A stretch of 64,000 nt of DNA from IMG/VR virus record IMGVR_UViG_3300014590_000001, positions 192,658 to 256,657 of that record. The stretch is one strand, 5' to 3'. Of this stretch, positions 1 to 9,135 are shown piece by piece (positions within the stretch are counted from its first letter, which is position 1; each line of letters starts with the position of its first letter). Position numbers and translations under genes: made by a program. The DNA comes from a virus (Duplodnaviria; Caudoviricetes). The notes beneath the pieces are model-generated. The model had not been told where the DNA came from. It did no database searches and saw only the letters and a program-made list of their open reading frames with translations.

Positions 1-1209
1 CTTTTTCTTTTTCTTGTCGTCAGAAGAAGATTTCTTTTTCTTCTTAGGCTTTTCATCTTCGTCGTCATCATCGTCATCAGACTTTTTAGATTTCTTCGAG
101 GACTTCTTAGACTTCTTATCGTCAGAAGATTTTTTCTTTTTCTTCTTCGGTTTTTCGTCTTCGTCATCGTCGTCATCTTCATCGTCGTCATCTTCATCGT
201 CGTCTAACAGCTTACGCGACTTCGATTTCTTCGAAGATTTTTTAGACTTACGATCATCTTCATCGTCGTCTTCGTCATCATCTTCGTCTTCATCGTCATC
301 CAGTGTGCGACGTTTCTTACCGCCTTTGTCTTTCTTACCGGATTTCTTTTTCTTGCCGAGCGACATGGAATCATCGTCATCGTCGTCTTCGTCATCGTCA
401 CCATCTTCGATAACGCTACCGCCGATAATATCCATGCGTTTGAATTCAGTGAGAGCCGCTTTCTCGTCCAGACGACCGAGCGCGTTATAAATTTCTTCCC
501 ACTTGTCGAAATCCCACGTCAGATATTCTGATTCTTCTTCAGTAATCGGACGATGCTTGCCGCGCTCAACAGTGTATTTGTTCGCTGCCGCAGCTTTCGC
601 GTCGTACTTGATCTCAACGTCGCAGCCGTATTTCGGATCGTTAATCGGGAATGCTTTTTCAACTTTCTTACCGGTTTTCTTATCCTTCACTTTATGGAAG
701 TTACGTTCACCGAGTTGCTTGATCTTGTTCGCGAGGCTGTTCGTAATCGGAACGACAACAACCGGAGTCCACGAATCAGAATCTTTATCTTTCTTACCGG
801 TTTTTTGTTCCTGCTTAGAGTGCTTAGGAAGTTTACGCGGTTTCGATTCTTGCTCGTCGCGAGAGATCGCCTGAACGAACCATTTGAAATCGTACTGCGC
901 TGGCGCACCAGATTTATCGTCGCCGTGTTCCAGAGCGCACCACGGACACTTCATACCACGCAGCGGATCTTTGCTGTCCGGATCGAAGCTGACGCACATC
1001 ATCGGAATTTTGACCAGCTTATCTTTTTCTTTGCCAGCCATAATGCGAACCCAATGCTTCTTGATAGGCAAGAAGTCGAGCGATAAAATGCGAAGCGTTG
1101 TCCACTGTCCTGCCGCTTTCTTCGCGAGCGGGTAGATTTCCCACAGATCGCTTTCACGTAAATTGTCGCGACTGGAGTTATCAGAAACGGCATCAAAACC
1201 ACGGGCCAT
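1..1209 (-). CDS. gp32-like single-stranded DNA-binding protein with long D/E- and K-block C-terminal tail (runs off the window's left edge)
   Basis: Not in the ORF track because it is open at the edge. ATG at 1209 follows GAGGA and reads MARGFDAVSD...RILSLDFLP..KHWVRI...MC..DP...KCPWC. The gp32-like core is followed by alternating DDDEDD/KKKSKK blocks. Confidence 0.7.
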   Translation of the reverse strand, partial: MARGFDAVSDNSSRDNLRESDLWEIYPLAKKAAGQWTTLRILSLDFLPIKKHWVRIMAGKEKDKLVKIPMMCVSFDPDSKDPLRGMKCPWCALEHGDDKSGAPAQYDFKWFVQAISRDEQESKPRKLPKHSKQEQKTGKKDKDSDSWTPVVVVPITNSLANKIKQLGERNFHKVKDKKTGKKVEKAFPINDPKYGCDVEIKYDAKAAAANKYTVERGKHRPITEEESEYLTWDFDKWEEIYNALGRLDEKAALTEFKRMDIIGGSVIEDGDDDEDDDDDDSMSLGKKKKSGKKDKGGKKRRTLDDDEDEDDDEDDDEDDRKSKKSSKKSKSRKLLDDDEDDDDEDDDDDEDEKPKKKKKKSSDDKKSKKSSKKSKKSDDDDDDEDEKPKKKKKSSSDDKKKKK

Positions 1210-1249
1210 GTTAAATCCTCAATATTGAGTTGAATCGGTATACTTGATG

Positions 1250-1259
1250 TTTACAGATT
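1250..1259 (-). promoter_or_regulatory. AATCTGTAAA phage promoter motif (class 1) upstream of SSB
   Basis: Recurring motif 25-60 nt upstream of replication genes. Confidence 0.65.
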
Positions 1260-1269
1260 CGTGTTAGTT

Positions 1270-2307
1270 TTACGACAAGTCTTGTCGGCGCATGTAGGCT
1301 TTCATGAAATCCAATTCTTCCTTTTCGAACGCTTCCCGAATATCCATAGTCAGGCGAGCAATTCCGAATGGATCAACACGTTTCACCAACAGGCCAAGTT
1401 TCTCTGCCTGTCTCGTTCCATTGACTGAATCTTCAAGGTTTTCGCTGCCCATTTTATTGTGAAGGGATGCGTCCATCCCCTCGTCAGAAGTTTCATTCGT
1501 TGGAGTATCAAGACTGACAGAAAAATTCACGGATGTAGTGTCTTCTTTCGTCGCCAAACGTTTCTTCTGCGTTTGCGGAATAGTGTATGCGATACCATAT
1601 TCGTGATCGCTACTGCTACACGTTTGAGCGTTGAGAATCCACCACTTAACATAACTAACGATTGCGCCTTTCGCACTATCGTATTTATTTATTGCGATTA
1701 AAACGTTGCGCAGGAAATTCTGGTTAACATCCTTGCTGTCAAATTGTTTTCCTTTGTTCGTGTCGATATAGAACTTCGCATGTTTCTGACACAGGCGATA
1801 GAAATCTGATACGACTGAATGGAAGTAGTCTTTGAATAAAGGCAACATATCATTCAAACGAACAAGCGCTACGAAAAGTTTGGAACGAGATTCTGCGCCA
1901 GTAGCACGAACAATCGCGTCCAAACGCTTCGCATAAATTTCGCGCTTATCGCTGTCCGTCGTTGAAATAAACATACGGTACAGATCAACGTAAGTGCGAT
2001 AATATTTGTTCAGAACATTTTCTAAAAAGATGTAGATGAAGTTTCGCTCCATCTTAACTTCCACCAAATACTGCATTCGCATTTCACGCGGAGTTGTCAA
2101 AGTTTTAATAACCAGACTAATGGCACGTTCGCGAGTTTCAGCATTGTAGGGCTTTCGTTTTTTGTTGGAAGTAATCAGACTAAGGAGGTAGATCAACTGA
2201 ACGTCAAACAAGTCTGTATTCTCTACAATCTCGCGCAACGAATCATAAAGCAGCGTATCTAAAACGTCCTCAGTCTGACCGCCCGTAAGATTGGACTTGT
2301 CAGACAT
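1270..2307 (-). CDS. sigma70-family RNA polymerase sigma factor-like protein
   Basis: Region-2-like DVNQNFLRNVLIAINKYDSAKGAIVSYVKWWI (cf. DLIQEG..GL..AV.KFD...G..FSTYA.WWI) and region-3-like VSLDTP. Confidence 0.75.
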   Translation of the reverse strand: MSDKSNLTGGQTEDVLDTLLYDSLREIVENTDLFDVQLIYLLSLITSNKKRKPYNAETRERAISLVIKTLTTPREMRMQYLVEVKMERNFIYIFLENVLNKYYRTYVDLYRMFISTTDSDKREIYAKRLDAIVRATGAESRSKLFVALVRLNDMLPLFKDYFHSVVSDFYRLCQKHAKFYIDTNKGKQFDSKDVNQNFLRNVLIAINKYDSAKGAIVSYVKWWILNAQTCSSSDHEYGIAYTIPQTQKKRLATKEDTTSVNFSVSLDTPTNETSDEGMDASLHNKMGSENLEDSVNGTRQAEKLGLLVKRVDPFGIARLTMDIREAFEKEELDFMKAYMRRQDLS

Positions 2308-2341
2308 GTTTCGCACCCACGAATAATTAACTTATCCACTA

Positions 2342-2352
2342 TTTACAGATTT
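2342..2352 (-). promoter_or_regulatory. AAATCTGTAAA class 1 promoter motif upstream of sigma gene
   Basis: Exact motif copy. Confidence 0.65.
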
Positions 2353-2627
2353 CGATTTGTTTCTCGATCAGTGTGAGCAAGTTGTTCTTCTAAAGTTTCA
2401 AACTTCTCAGGCTTGAACTTTCCGAGGTCGGAAGGAGGCGGAGGATTGTCCTGTTCACGCTTTTCTTTCTTCAGCGCTTCCTTTTCCTCTTCCTTCTTCT
2501 TCACTTCATCTTCAGGCATATCGCCATACTCACGAAGTTTTCTGCGTTCTTCGAAACGATCTTGTGCGCGTTTTGCGTTGCCTGAAAGTTCCGGAGTTTC
2601 GCCAGTGAGATCAATTTCGACTTTCAT
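2343..2627 (-). CDS. small charged hypothetical protein
   Basis: 94-aa ORF overlapping the upstream gene end. N-terminus MKVEIDLTG is a weak variant of the shared tag. Confidence 0.65.
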   Translation of the reverse strand: MKVEIDLTGETPELSGNAKRAQDRFEERRKLREYGDMPEDEVKKKEEEKEALKKEKREQDNPPPPSDLGKFKPEKFETLEEQLAHTDRETNRNL

Positions 2628-3060
2628 CGATCATTTCCCGTGATTCGTTATGCAGAACAATTGACAGAGGCGGGGCAATCGGAGACATAACGATGTTATG
2701 CAAACACTCCAGTTCCGCTTCAGTCGCGTTGTGCGCGATAGTGATGTGAGGACGATACGGAATAAAATCAAACGACACGTCCGGATTTGCGTGGATACGC
2801 GCGTGTTCATTTTGCAGGTCTTCAGATTCCAACAGCAGAACCAGAATGTTTGAATCAGCGCCGAACAATTCCACACCGGAGATCGTTGCGCGGAAATCCG
2901 CGTTGCTCAACGGAATATCGTTTTCCGGATTGGTTTTATCGTAAGCCAGTGTTACGTGCAGATCATCCATTTCTTCCGGAGAAGCAACGGCGCTACAGAT
3001 AGCGTGAATGATTTCGGTAGAACGAGCAGAGGGAACAACTTTCCAGTAACCTTGATTCAT
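2611..3060 (-). CDS. 2H phosphoesterase, Acb1/T4 gp57B-like (candidate anti-CBASS nuclease)
   Basis: Two HxT motifs (LHVTLAY, YRPHITIA), plus LVLLLESEDL..EH and DF.PY.PHIT matching the T4 57B pattern. 149 aa. Confidence 0.8.
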   Translation of the reverse strand: MNQGYWKVVPSARSTEIIHAICSAVASPEEMDDLHVTLAYDKTNPENDIPLSNADFRATISGVELFGADSNILVLLLESEDLQNEHARIHANPDVSFDFIPYRPHITIAHNATEAELECLHNIVMSPIAPPLSIVLHNESREMIDESRN

Positions 3061-3611
3061 TTTGTTTTACCCACAGGAGGATGGAATTGACCGAACACAA
3101 TTTCAGTACCGCATTTGAGACAAGACGACTTCCCTTCTGCGGTCATGTATTCAGGATGTAGGGTACACGGATAATCTGCATCAGCGTGTACGCGGAAAAC
3201 AACAGCCACTAACTTTTCTTCTTTATAAAACTTGAATGGCCTTACATGGAAGCCATTTTTATTTACTACACCATGCACGAAATTAAAAATTTCAGTACAC
3301 TGGCTTTCAAACATTTCGAAATCATCCTGTTCCGGACGCATGTTAAACACAATATCCAGAACAGGTTTCGCTTCGACCGGATCGTTGCGATGGAAATAAT
3401 GAAACGTTTTGTGATCAGGAGTAAGCACCGTGGGAACCGCGTGGCTGTCTCTGGCTACGAAATTAAACCAACGTGCAGAGCGTTGCTCGCGTAATGCCAG
3501 ATGCTTAACTAATGAAACAAAACTTATTGCATTAAGACGATCAATCATCGGATTAGTCATTTGTGTTCTCAACAGTGCCGCAATTACACGGCTGTTCAAC
3601 CGTATCAGCAA
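3057..3611 (-). CDS. hypothetical protein with C-terminal CxxH/CxxC zinc-ribbon-like motif
   Basis: 184-aa ORF coupled to neighbours. CTLH...CLKCG. Confidence 0.65.
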   Translation of the reverse strand: MLIRLNSRVIAALLRTQMTNPMIDRLNAISFVSLVKHLALREQRSARWFNFVARDSHAVPTVLTPDHKTFHYFHRNDPVEAKPVLDIVFNMRPEQDDFEMFESQCTEIFNFVHGVVNKNGFHVRPFKFYKEEKLVAVVFRVHADADYPCTLHPEYMTAEGKSSCLKCGTEIVFGQFHPPVGKTK

Positions 3612-3780
3612 ACGCTGAAGGTTCAGAAACTTTTCCGCATTTCACACAAGTGCGCACCCAACCATGAGCAGTAAGTTTCGCTGCGCTCATTGTGTTTGAA
3701 ATCGGAGTCGGATCGGGAAGGGAAACCGTTTCACGCATAACCAATCGCCGTCTACGGTTCCCGCATGTTGCACATGCCAT
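3553..3780 (-). CDS. small Cys-rich (zinc-binding) protein
   Basis: CATC, CVKC and CNC motifs, with GGAG SD upstream. Likely ATG at 3780. Confidence 0.6.
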   Translation of the reverse strand: MACATCGNRRRRLVMRETVSLPDPTPISNTMSAAKLTAHGWVRTCVKCGKVSEPSAFADTVEQPCNCGTVENTND

Positions 3781-3789
3781 TCAATTCTC

Positions 3790-4074
3790 CTACGCTATGC
3801 CGACAGGAAAATTCGGTAGCTCCCATTCAGTTTGCAAGAAAGTCACACAAGGCCGCGAGCAAATACTGAAAGAAACTTTAGGGAAGCTATTTCTTTCTTG
3901 AACGATCTCAAAACCCAAAAGATACAGATCTTTGTGTTTTTCAATGTCATGGCAGAAAGGAGTGAGAAGTTCAATCGCTTCATTATCAATACGCACTGAC
4001 GAATAAAACGGTTCGTTCTTCGCAATCAACTTCGCCCATGCCGCATACAATGCGTTGACATGATCGATGGACAT
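3790..4074 (-). CDS. hypothetical protein
   Basis: ATG at 4074 preceded by GAGGT SD. Confidence 0.6.
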   Translation of the reverse strand: MSIDHVNALYAAWAKLIAKNEPFYSSVRIDNEAIELLTPFCHDIEKHKDLYLLGFEIVQERNSFPKVSFSICSRPCVTFLQTEWELPNFPVGIA

Positions 4075-4245
4075 AAATACCTCAGAACAGTGAAACTGAT
4101 TTCGGCTTTTTGGTTGTGGCGCGACGAACTTCACCGCTCCGACGACCGCGTGGTTTTGTTTGGAACACTTCACGCACAACATCTTTCAGTTGTGCTTTTT
4201 CTTCCGTGTTTAAATCAAAAGAAGGAGAAACTGCGAAACGCATTT

Positions 4246-4905
4246 TTAATCACCGTTGTTTTTAATCTTCACGGCAAGAGCTACAGCATGTTTACACAGC
4301 GCAGGAATATGCGCAGGGTTAGTGTAATCAGGCGGCTCGCCATTACCGTAAATAATTCGACCAGCGCCGTGTTCAGCATTAGCGTACTCCCACATAAAGA
4401 CGTAGTTAGCACACGGACAACTTACCATGACACGTTTTTGTTTTGAGATAGGTTTATTAGGATCATCCAGACCCACAAACATAACATCGTAATCACGAAC
4501 TTCTTTGGAAGGACGCAACGGATCTTTGTGGCGAACTTTTGCCATAACGACCGGAAGCGCTTTTCCTGTTTTAGTTTTCTTGTAGCCGCGAACATAGCAT
4601 TCAGTGCCGTTCTCTCGCATAAGACGCGGAGTGTTTTTTATCAGCGTTGCTAAGTTCACGCCCTTATCCATTTTCGGAGTGCGTGGCGGTTGAGGAACTT
4701 TCTTCGGCACAAACGGAGTTGCAGTTGCAATTCGTTTTTCACCGCTCGTCATACGGCGCGATTTGTCTTTCGACGCGCTAATAGTTTTAACGCCTTTGCC
4801 GTAGTTTCCTTTTTGAATTTGTTTTATTCCTTTCTGCCGCTGTTCGGCCTGTTTAGCAGCAGGACTCTTTTTGGTTGGCTTGGCGAGTGATTTATACTTA
4901 GCCAT
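4246..4905 (-). CDS. basic protein with SWIM-type zinc finger
   Basis: VSCPCANY...LCKHAVAL fits CxC-xn-CxH, with a K-rich N-terminus. Confidence 0.7.
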   Translation of the reverse strand: MAKYKSLAKPTKKSPAAKQAEQRQKGIKQIQKGNYGKGVKTISASKDKSRRMTSGEKRIATATPFVPKKVPQPPRTPKMDKGVNLATLIKNTPRLMRENGTECYVRGYKKTKTGKALPVVMAKVRHKDPLRPSKEVRDYDVMFVGLDDPNKPISKQKRVMVSCPCANYVFMWEYANAEHGAGRIIYGNGEPPDYTNPAHIPALCKHAVALAVKIKNNGD

Positions 4906-5339
4906 TCGAAGATGATCTCCTTCGGTGCATAGAATTTAATTCGATGTTTATCGGAAAGAAATTCTAACGAGGCGCAAGACGCAGGATGGTTAACACGCAC
5001 GTAATTAAAAATGCTATCGCCTGATTCAAAGTTACGACGAGAAGCATTGCCAATCAATGTGCTGTTAAATCCGCTATCAAGAATGATTGGAATGAGATCG
5101 TGATAAAGAGCAATCGCCTCAACGGTTTTAATTAACCATGCTGTATTAATGAGAGCGCCAGTTTCTTTTCTGAAGCGCTCCTGATCGCAAGGTTTCCCAT
5201 AGAACCAAATATTCTCTACCACAAGAAAGTTATTTTTGCGCGTGATCTTAACACTGGAAATGCGCGGATACACACAAGCAGTTTTAAGAAGAGTATCAAG
5301 CGCAATCAAACTTTCAATCAGGCTATCATGATCGCCCAT
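4824..5339 (-). CDS. hypothetical protein
   Basis: Likely starts at MGDHDS (5339). The upstream part of the listed ORF overlaps the next gene out of frame. Confidence 0.55.
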   Translation of the reverse strand: MGDHDSLIESLIALDTLLKTACVYPRISSVKITRKNNFLVVENIWFYGKPCDQERFRKETGALINTAWLIKTVEAIALYHDLIPIILDSGFNSTLIGNASRRNFESGDSIFNYVRVNHPASCASLEFLSDKHRIKFYAPKEIIFEWLSINHSPSQPKRVLLLNRPNSGRKE

Positions 5340-5361
5340 TCCATTTTCGAACGGAGAAAGA

Positions 5362-5787
5362 TTATTCTTCTTCGTCCTCAGAATCTTCTCCAGCGTCATC
5401 AGACTCTTCATCCGAGTCTCCGCTTTCGTCATCTTCTTCGTCTGAATCCGCAGACTTATCTTTTCCTTTGCCCTTTCCACCGGAATTGGTGTCATCGTCA
5501 GCTCCAAAGCCATCTGAATCATCATCGCCAAAGCCCTCGTCGTCAGAGTCTTCTTTCGATTCTTCTGCGCCGTCAGCGTCAGCGCCTTTCTTACTTTTTA
5601 CAGATTTCTTCGGAGTGATCTTTTCTTCAACTTTCTGCTTCGATTTTTCTTCTTCGTGCTGGCGTAAACGTTTCTCCAGATTCGAATATTCAGAAAGATC
5701 GGTGCGCGTTGTGCTGGATTCAGGAGAGTCTAAACTAGACTTTCGTTTGTCGGCAGTGGTTGCGCTAAGTGCGATTAAAATTTCCAT
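5362..5787 (-). CDS. acidic low-complexity protein with MEILIALSA N-terminal tag (probable virion internal protein)
   Basis: GAGG SD, D/E-rich C-terminus and shared N-terminal tag. Confidence 0.7.
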   Translation of the reverse strand: MEILIALSATTADKRKSSLDSPESSTTRTDLSEYSNLEKRLRQHEEEKSKQKVEEKITPKKSVKSKKGADADGAEESKEDSDDEGFGDDDSDGFGADDDTNSGGKGKGKDKSADSDEEDDESGDSDEESDDAGEDSEDEEE

Positions 5788-5794
5788 GCTTACC

Positions 5795-6871
5795 TCAGAT
5801 TTGTAATTGCTTAACGATTCGCTTCTCTACCTTCAGTTTCTTCGGCATCAAACCTTCTTGCTTTTTACGGGCAGCGGAAGGATTCGATTTGACTACCTCA
5901 ACAAACGACAGAGAAGGATCAGCCATAATTCGTTTTTCCATTTCTTCGAGGAACTCCGTAATGCGCGAAGTAATGAAACAGTGATCCACAAATGGGCATG
6001 GATCATAAGTGTGAAACTTTTCCCAATAAAACTCAGGAGAGCTACACGGTTTCTTCTCGATAGCGTAGGAAGGATCTTTCTTGCGAACGGATTTAATCAC
6101 GGCATCCCATGCGTTGATTTGTTTCATCATAAACTTGTAAGCAGTTTTAGATTCTTCTTCATCAAACACAAATGATTTCTCAACAAACTTTTTCGGGTTG
6201 TCGCGAGGAACGTACACCAGCGTGTAATCCACGATGTTGTAGCCGTAGCGCTTTTTGAGAATGTAGGCGTAAGTTGCGATCTGATAACGATGATACTTAA
6301 CGAAGAAAGTTCCATCTGCCGCTTTCGTGACAGTGGTACTTTTCAGATCGATAAGGCTATAGGTTCCATCAAGGTTGTCGATCAGTCCATCCACAAATCC
6401 TTTCAGACTTTTGTAGAGAACTTTTAACTCACTATACGCCATTGCTTTTTTGCATGACGGACAAATGTTGTCGCACGAATGCTTGCGCGTATATTTTCCT
6501 TTCTTGATACGCACACCATTTTCATAAACGCTTTTTGTTTTGGCGTGTTCTTTGCAATCGGTGTTCATACATTTCCAGTGTCCTACCATCTGACCTGTAT
6601 GACCCAAAGCGTTCTGAATGCTTTCGTGCATTCCGGTTCCCGCTTTCGCAAAGATGTTCAGCATAGTTCCATTTTCACCAGTAAGGAACTTGTTATGCTT
6701 TTCGTAAATTCGTGCAGCGTATTCCCTAATGCTACAAATGGGAAACATTGACGGACTAACGCGCTTTTTAGGCCAGCGTTTTTCCGGAACAGTTTGATCT
6801 AATGCTACGTTGATCAAATTGCCTATGCGAGACAGAATTCGTTTATCGTATAAGTCGCGGATTTGTCGCAC
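5795..6871 (-). CDS. Cas4/RecB-like PD-(D/E)xK exonuclease with inserted zinc finger
   Basis: SPS...C..R, GT.MH, GFVDG, IDLKS and Q...Y motifs, a C-terminal C...CPF..HC, and an inserted C....C...CPSC. Confidence 0.8.
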   Translation of the reverse strand: MRQIRDLYDKRILSRIGNLINVALDQTVPEKRWPKKRVSPSMFPICSIREYAARIYEKHNKFLTGENGTMLNIFAKAGTGMHESIQNALGHTGQMVGHWKCMNTDCKEHAKTKSVYENGVRIKKGKYTRKHSCDNICPSCKKAMAYSELKVLYKSLKGFVDGLIDNLDGTYSLIDLKSTTVTKAADGTFFVKYHRYQIATYAYILKKRYGYNIVDYTLVYVPRDNPKKFVEKSFVFDEEESKTAYKFMMKQINAWDAVIKSVRKKDPSYAIEKKPCSSPEFYWEKFHTYDPCPFVDHCFITSRITEFLEEMEKRIMADPSLSFVEVVKSNPSAARKKQEGLMPKKLKVEKRIVKQLQI

Positions 6872-7178
6872 TGTTCACCTCAATTGAAATGTTCCCTTCG
6901 AAATAATACACGTCAAAGAAATAAGCGTTTTGCTTAATCACAGAATGACGCACAGGATCGTTTGTCTCAGACACACGTTGAAGCGTGAAGAATTTCTTAT
7001 CAAATTCCTCAATAAACTTTTCACGATCTTCTGGAATCGGAATATTTAGGCCGATCAGCTTTCCCTCGACAAAGACTCCTATATCGCGAATCTCCAGCTC
7101 TAAAACTTTACAGAATCGCATCCAAAAAGCGGGATATATGCGGTATACAATATTCGATGCAGCTACAGGTTCGCTCAT
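6843..7178 (-). CDS. hypothetical protein
   Basis: ORF heading the minus-strand operon. Start uncertain (7178 or 7208). Confidence 0.55.
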   Translation of the reverse strand: MSEPVAASNIVYRIYPAFWMRFCKVLELEIRDIGVFVEGKLIGLNIPIPEDREKFIEEFDKKFFTLQRVSETNDPVRHSVIKQNAYFFDVYYFEGNISIEVNSATNPRLIR

Positions 7179-7185
7179 AGTTAAT

Positions 7186-7195
7186 ATCTGTAAAT
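7186..7195 (+). promoter_or_regulatory. ATCTGTAAAT class 1 promoter motif upstream of primase
   Basis: Motif copy ~47 nt before the ATG at 7242. Confidence 0.6.
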
Positions 7196-7213
7196 TGTAG
7201 TTAATCAATACTG

Positions 7214-7222
7214 AAAATTAGT
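7214..7222 (-). promoter_or_regulatory. ACTAATTTT class 2 (late-like) promoter motif
   Basis: Reverse complement of aaaattagt. It heads the leftward operon containing a tagged protein. Confidence 0.45.
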
Positions 7223-7241
7223 ATTTCAAACAGGTGTATTT

Positions 7242-8330
7242 ATGAGTAACGACGTTCACCAGATCGTGATGGAAGAAATTTCCAAAATCCCAGGCGATAA
7301 AAAGTTTGCAGCAGAATCTATCATTGTGTGTTGTCCTTTCCACGACGACCGATCACCGAGTTGCGGAATCTATACTTCCGTTGGTATGGAAATTCCGTTG
7401 GGAACTTATCACTGTTTCGGTTGCGGTGTTAAAGGTGGATGGAATGACATTGCAAAGAAATTAAATCTCCAAGAGATTCAAGATTGGAGAATGAAAGATG
7501 CTGGTGAAAACTCTCTGTCTGCATTGCGTCAAACTTACGATAAGATTTCAAACAAAGTCGGAACGTATAACACGGTTGCACTTTTGATGAAAGCGTTACG
7601 CCGTGATAGTTATATGGAATGGCCTGAAGATGTTGAATGGCGAACTTACCCAGGAACTTTAGTTCGTGCGGCAGGTGGTTTGTTGAATGCGCAGCGTACC
7701 GGAACAAATATTTGTTTCTTCCCGTGCAAAGTGGGAACGAAATATATTGGCGGCGTGGCGGCATACCTAACAAAGCAAATGAACGGAACAAGTTACGTTA
7801 ACTCACAAGGCGATTGGGCGAAGTCGAAAGGTTTATTCCCGATTCAACTTGTACGTGACGTGCTGAAGAAATACGGATTGCGTTATGTTGTTTTGGTTGA
7901 AGGGCCACGCGATGCACTTGCGTTATTAAGTTACGGAATTCCGGCGCTTGCGGTATTAGGTGCGGAACAGTTTGGCAATGAGAAACGTCGCATAGTTGAA
8001 ATGATGGGAGTCAGCACAGTTTACACCATGACCGATAATGACGGCGGCGGTAAATTGTTGCGGAATAAAATCGCGGCGGAGTTTGGCAAGTCATCTTTGA
8101 TTCGCGTTAAGCATTTTAAATTGCCGCGTGAGTATGACGAGAAAGGAAAGTTGATCAAACTCGATCCAGACAATGCGCCGTTGAGTATCATCAAGGAAGT
8201 GAAGGAATGTTTGAAAGGAGTTCACGGAGATAAGTGTCTTATTCCGGCGAAGAAGTTAGGATGGAAACGAGAAGTAAAGAAAATCGAAGTAGATGTAAAG
8301 CGTAAGAAAAAACTCACCAACAAAAAATAA
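7242..8330 (+). CDS. DNA primase (CHC2 zinc finger + TOPRIM)
   Basis: CPFHDDRSPS...HCFGCG, VEGPRDAL and TDNDGGG. Confidence 0.9.
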   Translation: MSNDVHQIVMEEISKIPGDKKFAAESIIVCCPFHDDRSPSCGIYTSVGMEIPLGTYHCFGCGVKGGWNDIAKKLNLQEIQDWRMKDAGENSLSALRQTYDKISNKVGTYNTVALLMKALRRDSYMEWPEDVEWRTYPGTLVRAAGGLLNAQRTGTNICFFPCKVGTKYIGGVAAYLTKQMNGTSYVNSQGDWAKSKGLFPIQLVRDVLKKYGLRYVVLVEGPRDALALLSYGIPALAVLGAEQFGNEKRRIVEMMGVSTVYTMTDNDGGGKLLRNKIAAEFGKSSLIRVKHFKLPREYDEKGKLIKLDPDNAPLSIIKEVKECLKGVHGDKCLIPAKKLGWKREVKKIEVDVKRKKKLTNKK

Positions 8331-8350
8331 AGGGGCGAAAGCCCCTTTTT
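8328..8350. terminator. bidirectional intrinsic terminator
   Basis: aaaGGGGC-gaaa-GCCCCttttt between convergent genes. Confidence 0.85.
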
Positions 8351-8371
8351 CATTTCCAAAAACGAACGATG

Positions 8372-9031
8372 TTATTCGTCGTCTTCTTCCTCTTCCTCTT
8401 CGTCATTCATTTTTTCCTGAAGCGCTTCAAGAATCATTTCAGTCAGAGCAGGACGTTTAACTTCTTTACGCAGACGTTCCAGATCTTCCAGAGACAGAAC
8501 GTGCTGGCGAGTCAGAAACTCACGTTGCAGCGAATCGTCGTCTTCGTCATTGTCGTTAGCGCGGTCGATCATCGCGGTGATGAAATCGTCATGAGCGGAA
8601 ACTTTTTTCTTCTTTTTCTTTTTGGAATTAGAAGAGTCGCCAGTGTCCATATCAATTTCTTCTTCAGAGTTACGTTCTTCTGTAACCACTGAACCAACGA
8701 TGTTGTTGATACGCTGATATTCTGCGCGGGCGCGAGGCGTAGAAAGATATTCTTCCGCTTCATCTTTGCGCACGATTACCAGTTGGCCTTTGGCCAGGAT
8801 CTGACGAAGGACAGAACTTTTCAAAAGATTTTCGAGCGGTGCCATCGTGGTAAGGTCAATCGGAATAAAAGTCGCCAAGACCACTACCGGAATAGTGACG
8901 TTAAGTTCATTGATACAGTTGAAAGCGATGTTCCCGTTAGGGTTCGAACGGTTCAACACGTAAAAAGGAGCTACAGGATCGTTACCGTATTCCTTATTGA
9001 ACTGCGTCAGATTGATGGGACGAATTTTCAT
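8372..9031 (-). CDS. hypothetical protein; N-terminal domain paralogous to that of 9136-10893
   Basis: Shared V.N.S.P.G.I.F...DLT..APL.NLL.S..L.Q..A..QL, with poly-K and acidic C-terminal tracts. Confidence 0.75.
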   Translation of the reverse strand: MKIRPINLTQFNKEYGNDPVAPFYVLNRSNPNGNIAFNCINELNVTIPVVVLATFIPIDLTTMAPLENLLKSSVLRQILAKGQLVIVRKDEAEEYLSTPRARAEYQRINNIVGSVVTEERNSEEEIDMDTGDSSNSKKKKKKKVSAHDDFITAMIDRANDNDEDDDSLQREFLTRQHVLSLEDLERLRKEVKRPALTEMILEALQEKMNDEEEEEEDDE

Positions 9032-9135
9032 TTGGTTACTCCAACATTAAATTTTTCAGTAGGCACATCCGTGTGCAGAGGGTTTTATTTGGTCATGCTT
9101 ACATTAGCAAGATCAATTCATGATCGCTGAAAAAT

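Noticed and set aside
1-420. tcgtca/tcttc microsatellite-like repeats as a possible repeat array or CRISPR
   Set aside because: Explained by codons for poly-Asp/Glu/Lys. There is no constant repeat-spacer periodicity.
14-1135. Plus-strand S/F-rich ORFs (14-490, 503-874, 553-1086)
   Set aside because: Antisense shadows of the D/K-rich SSB gene on the minus strand.
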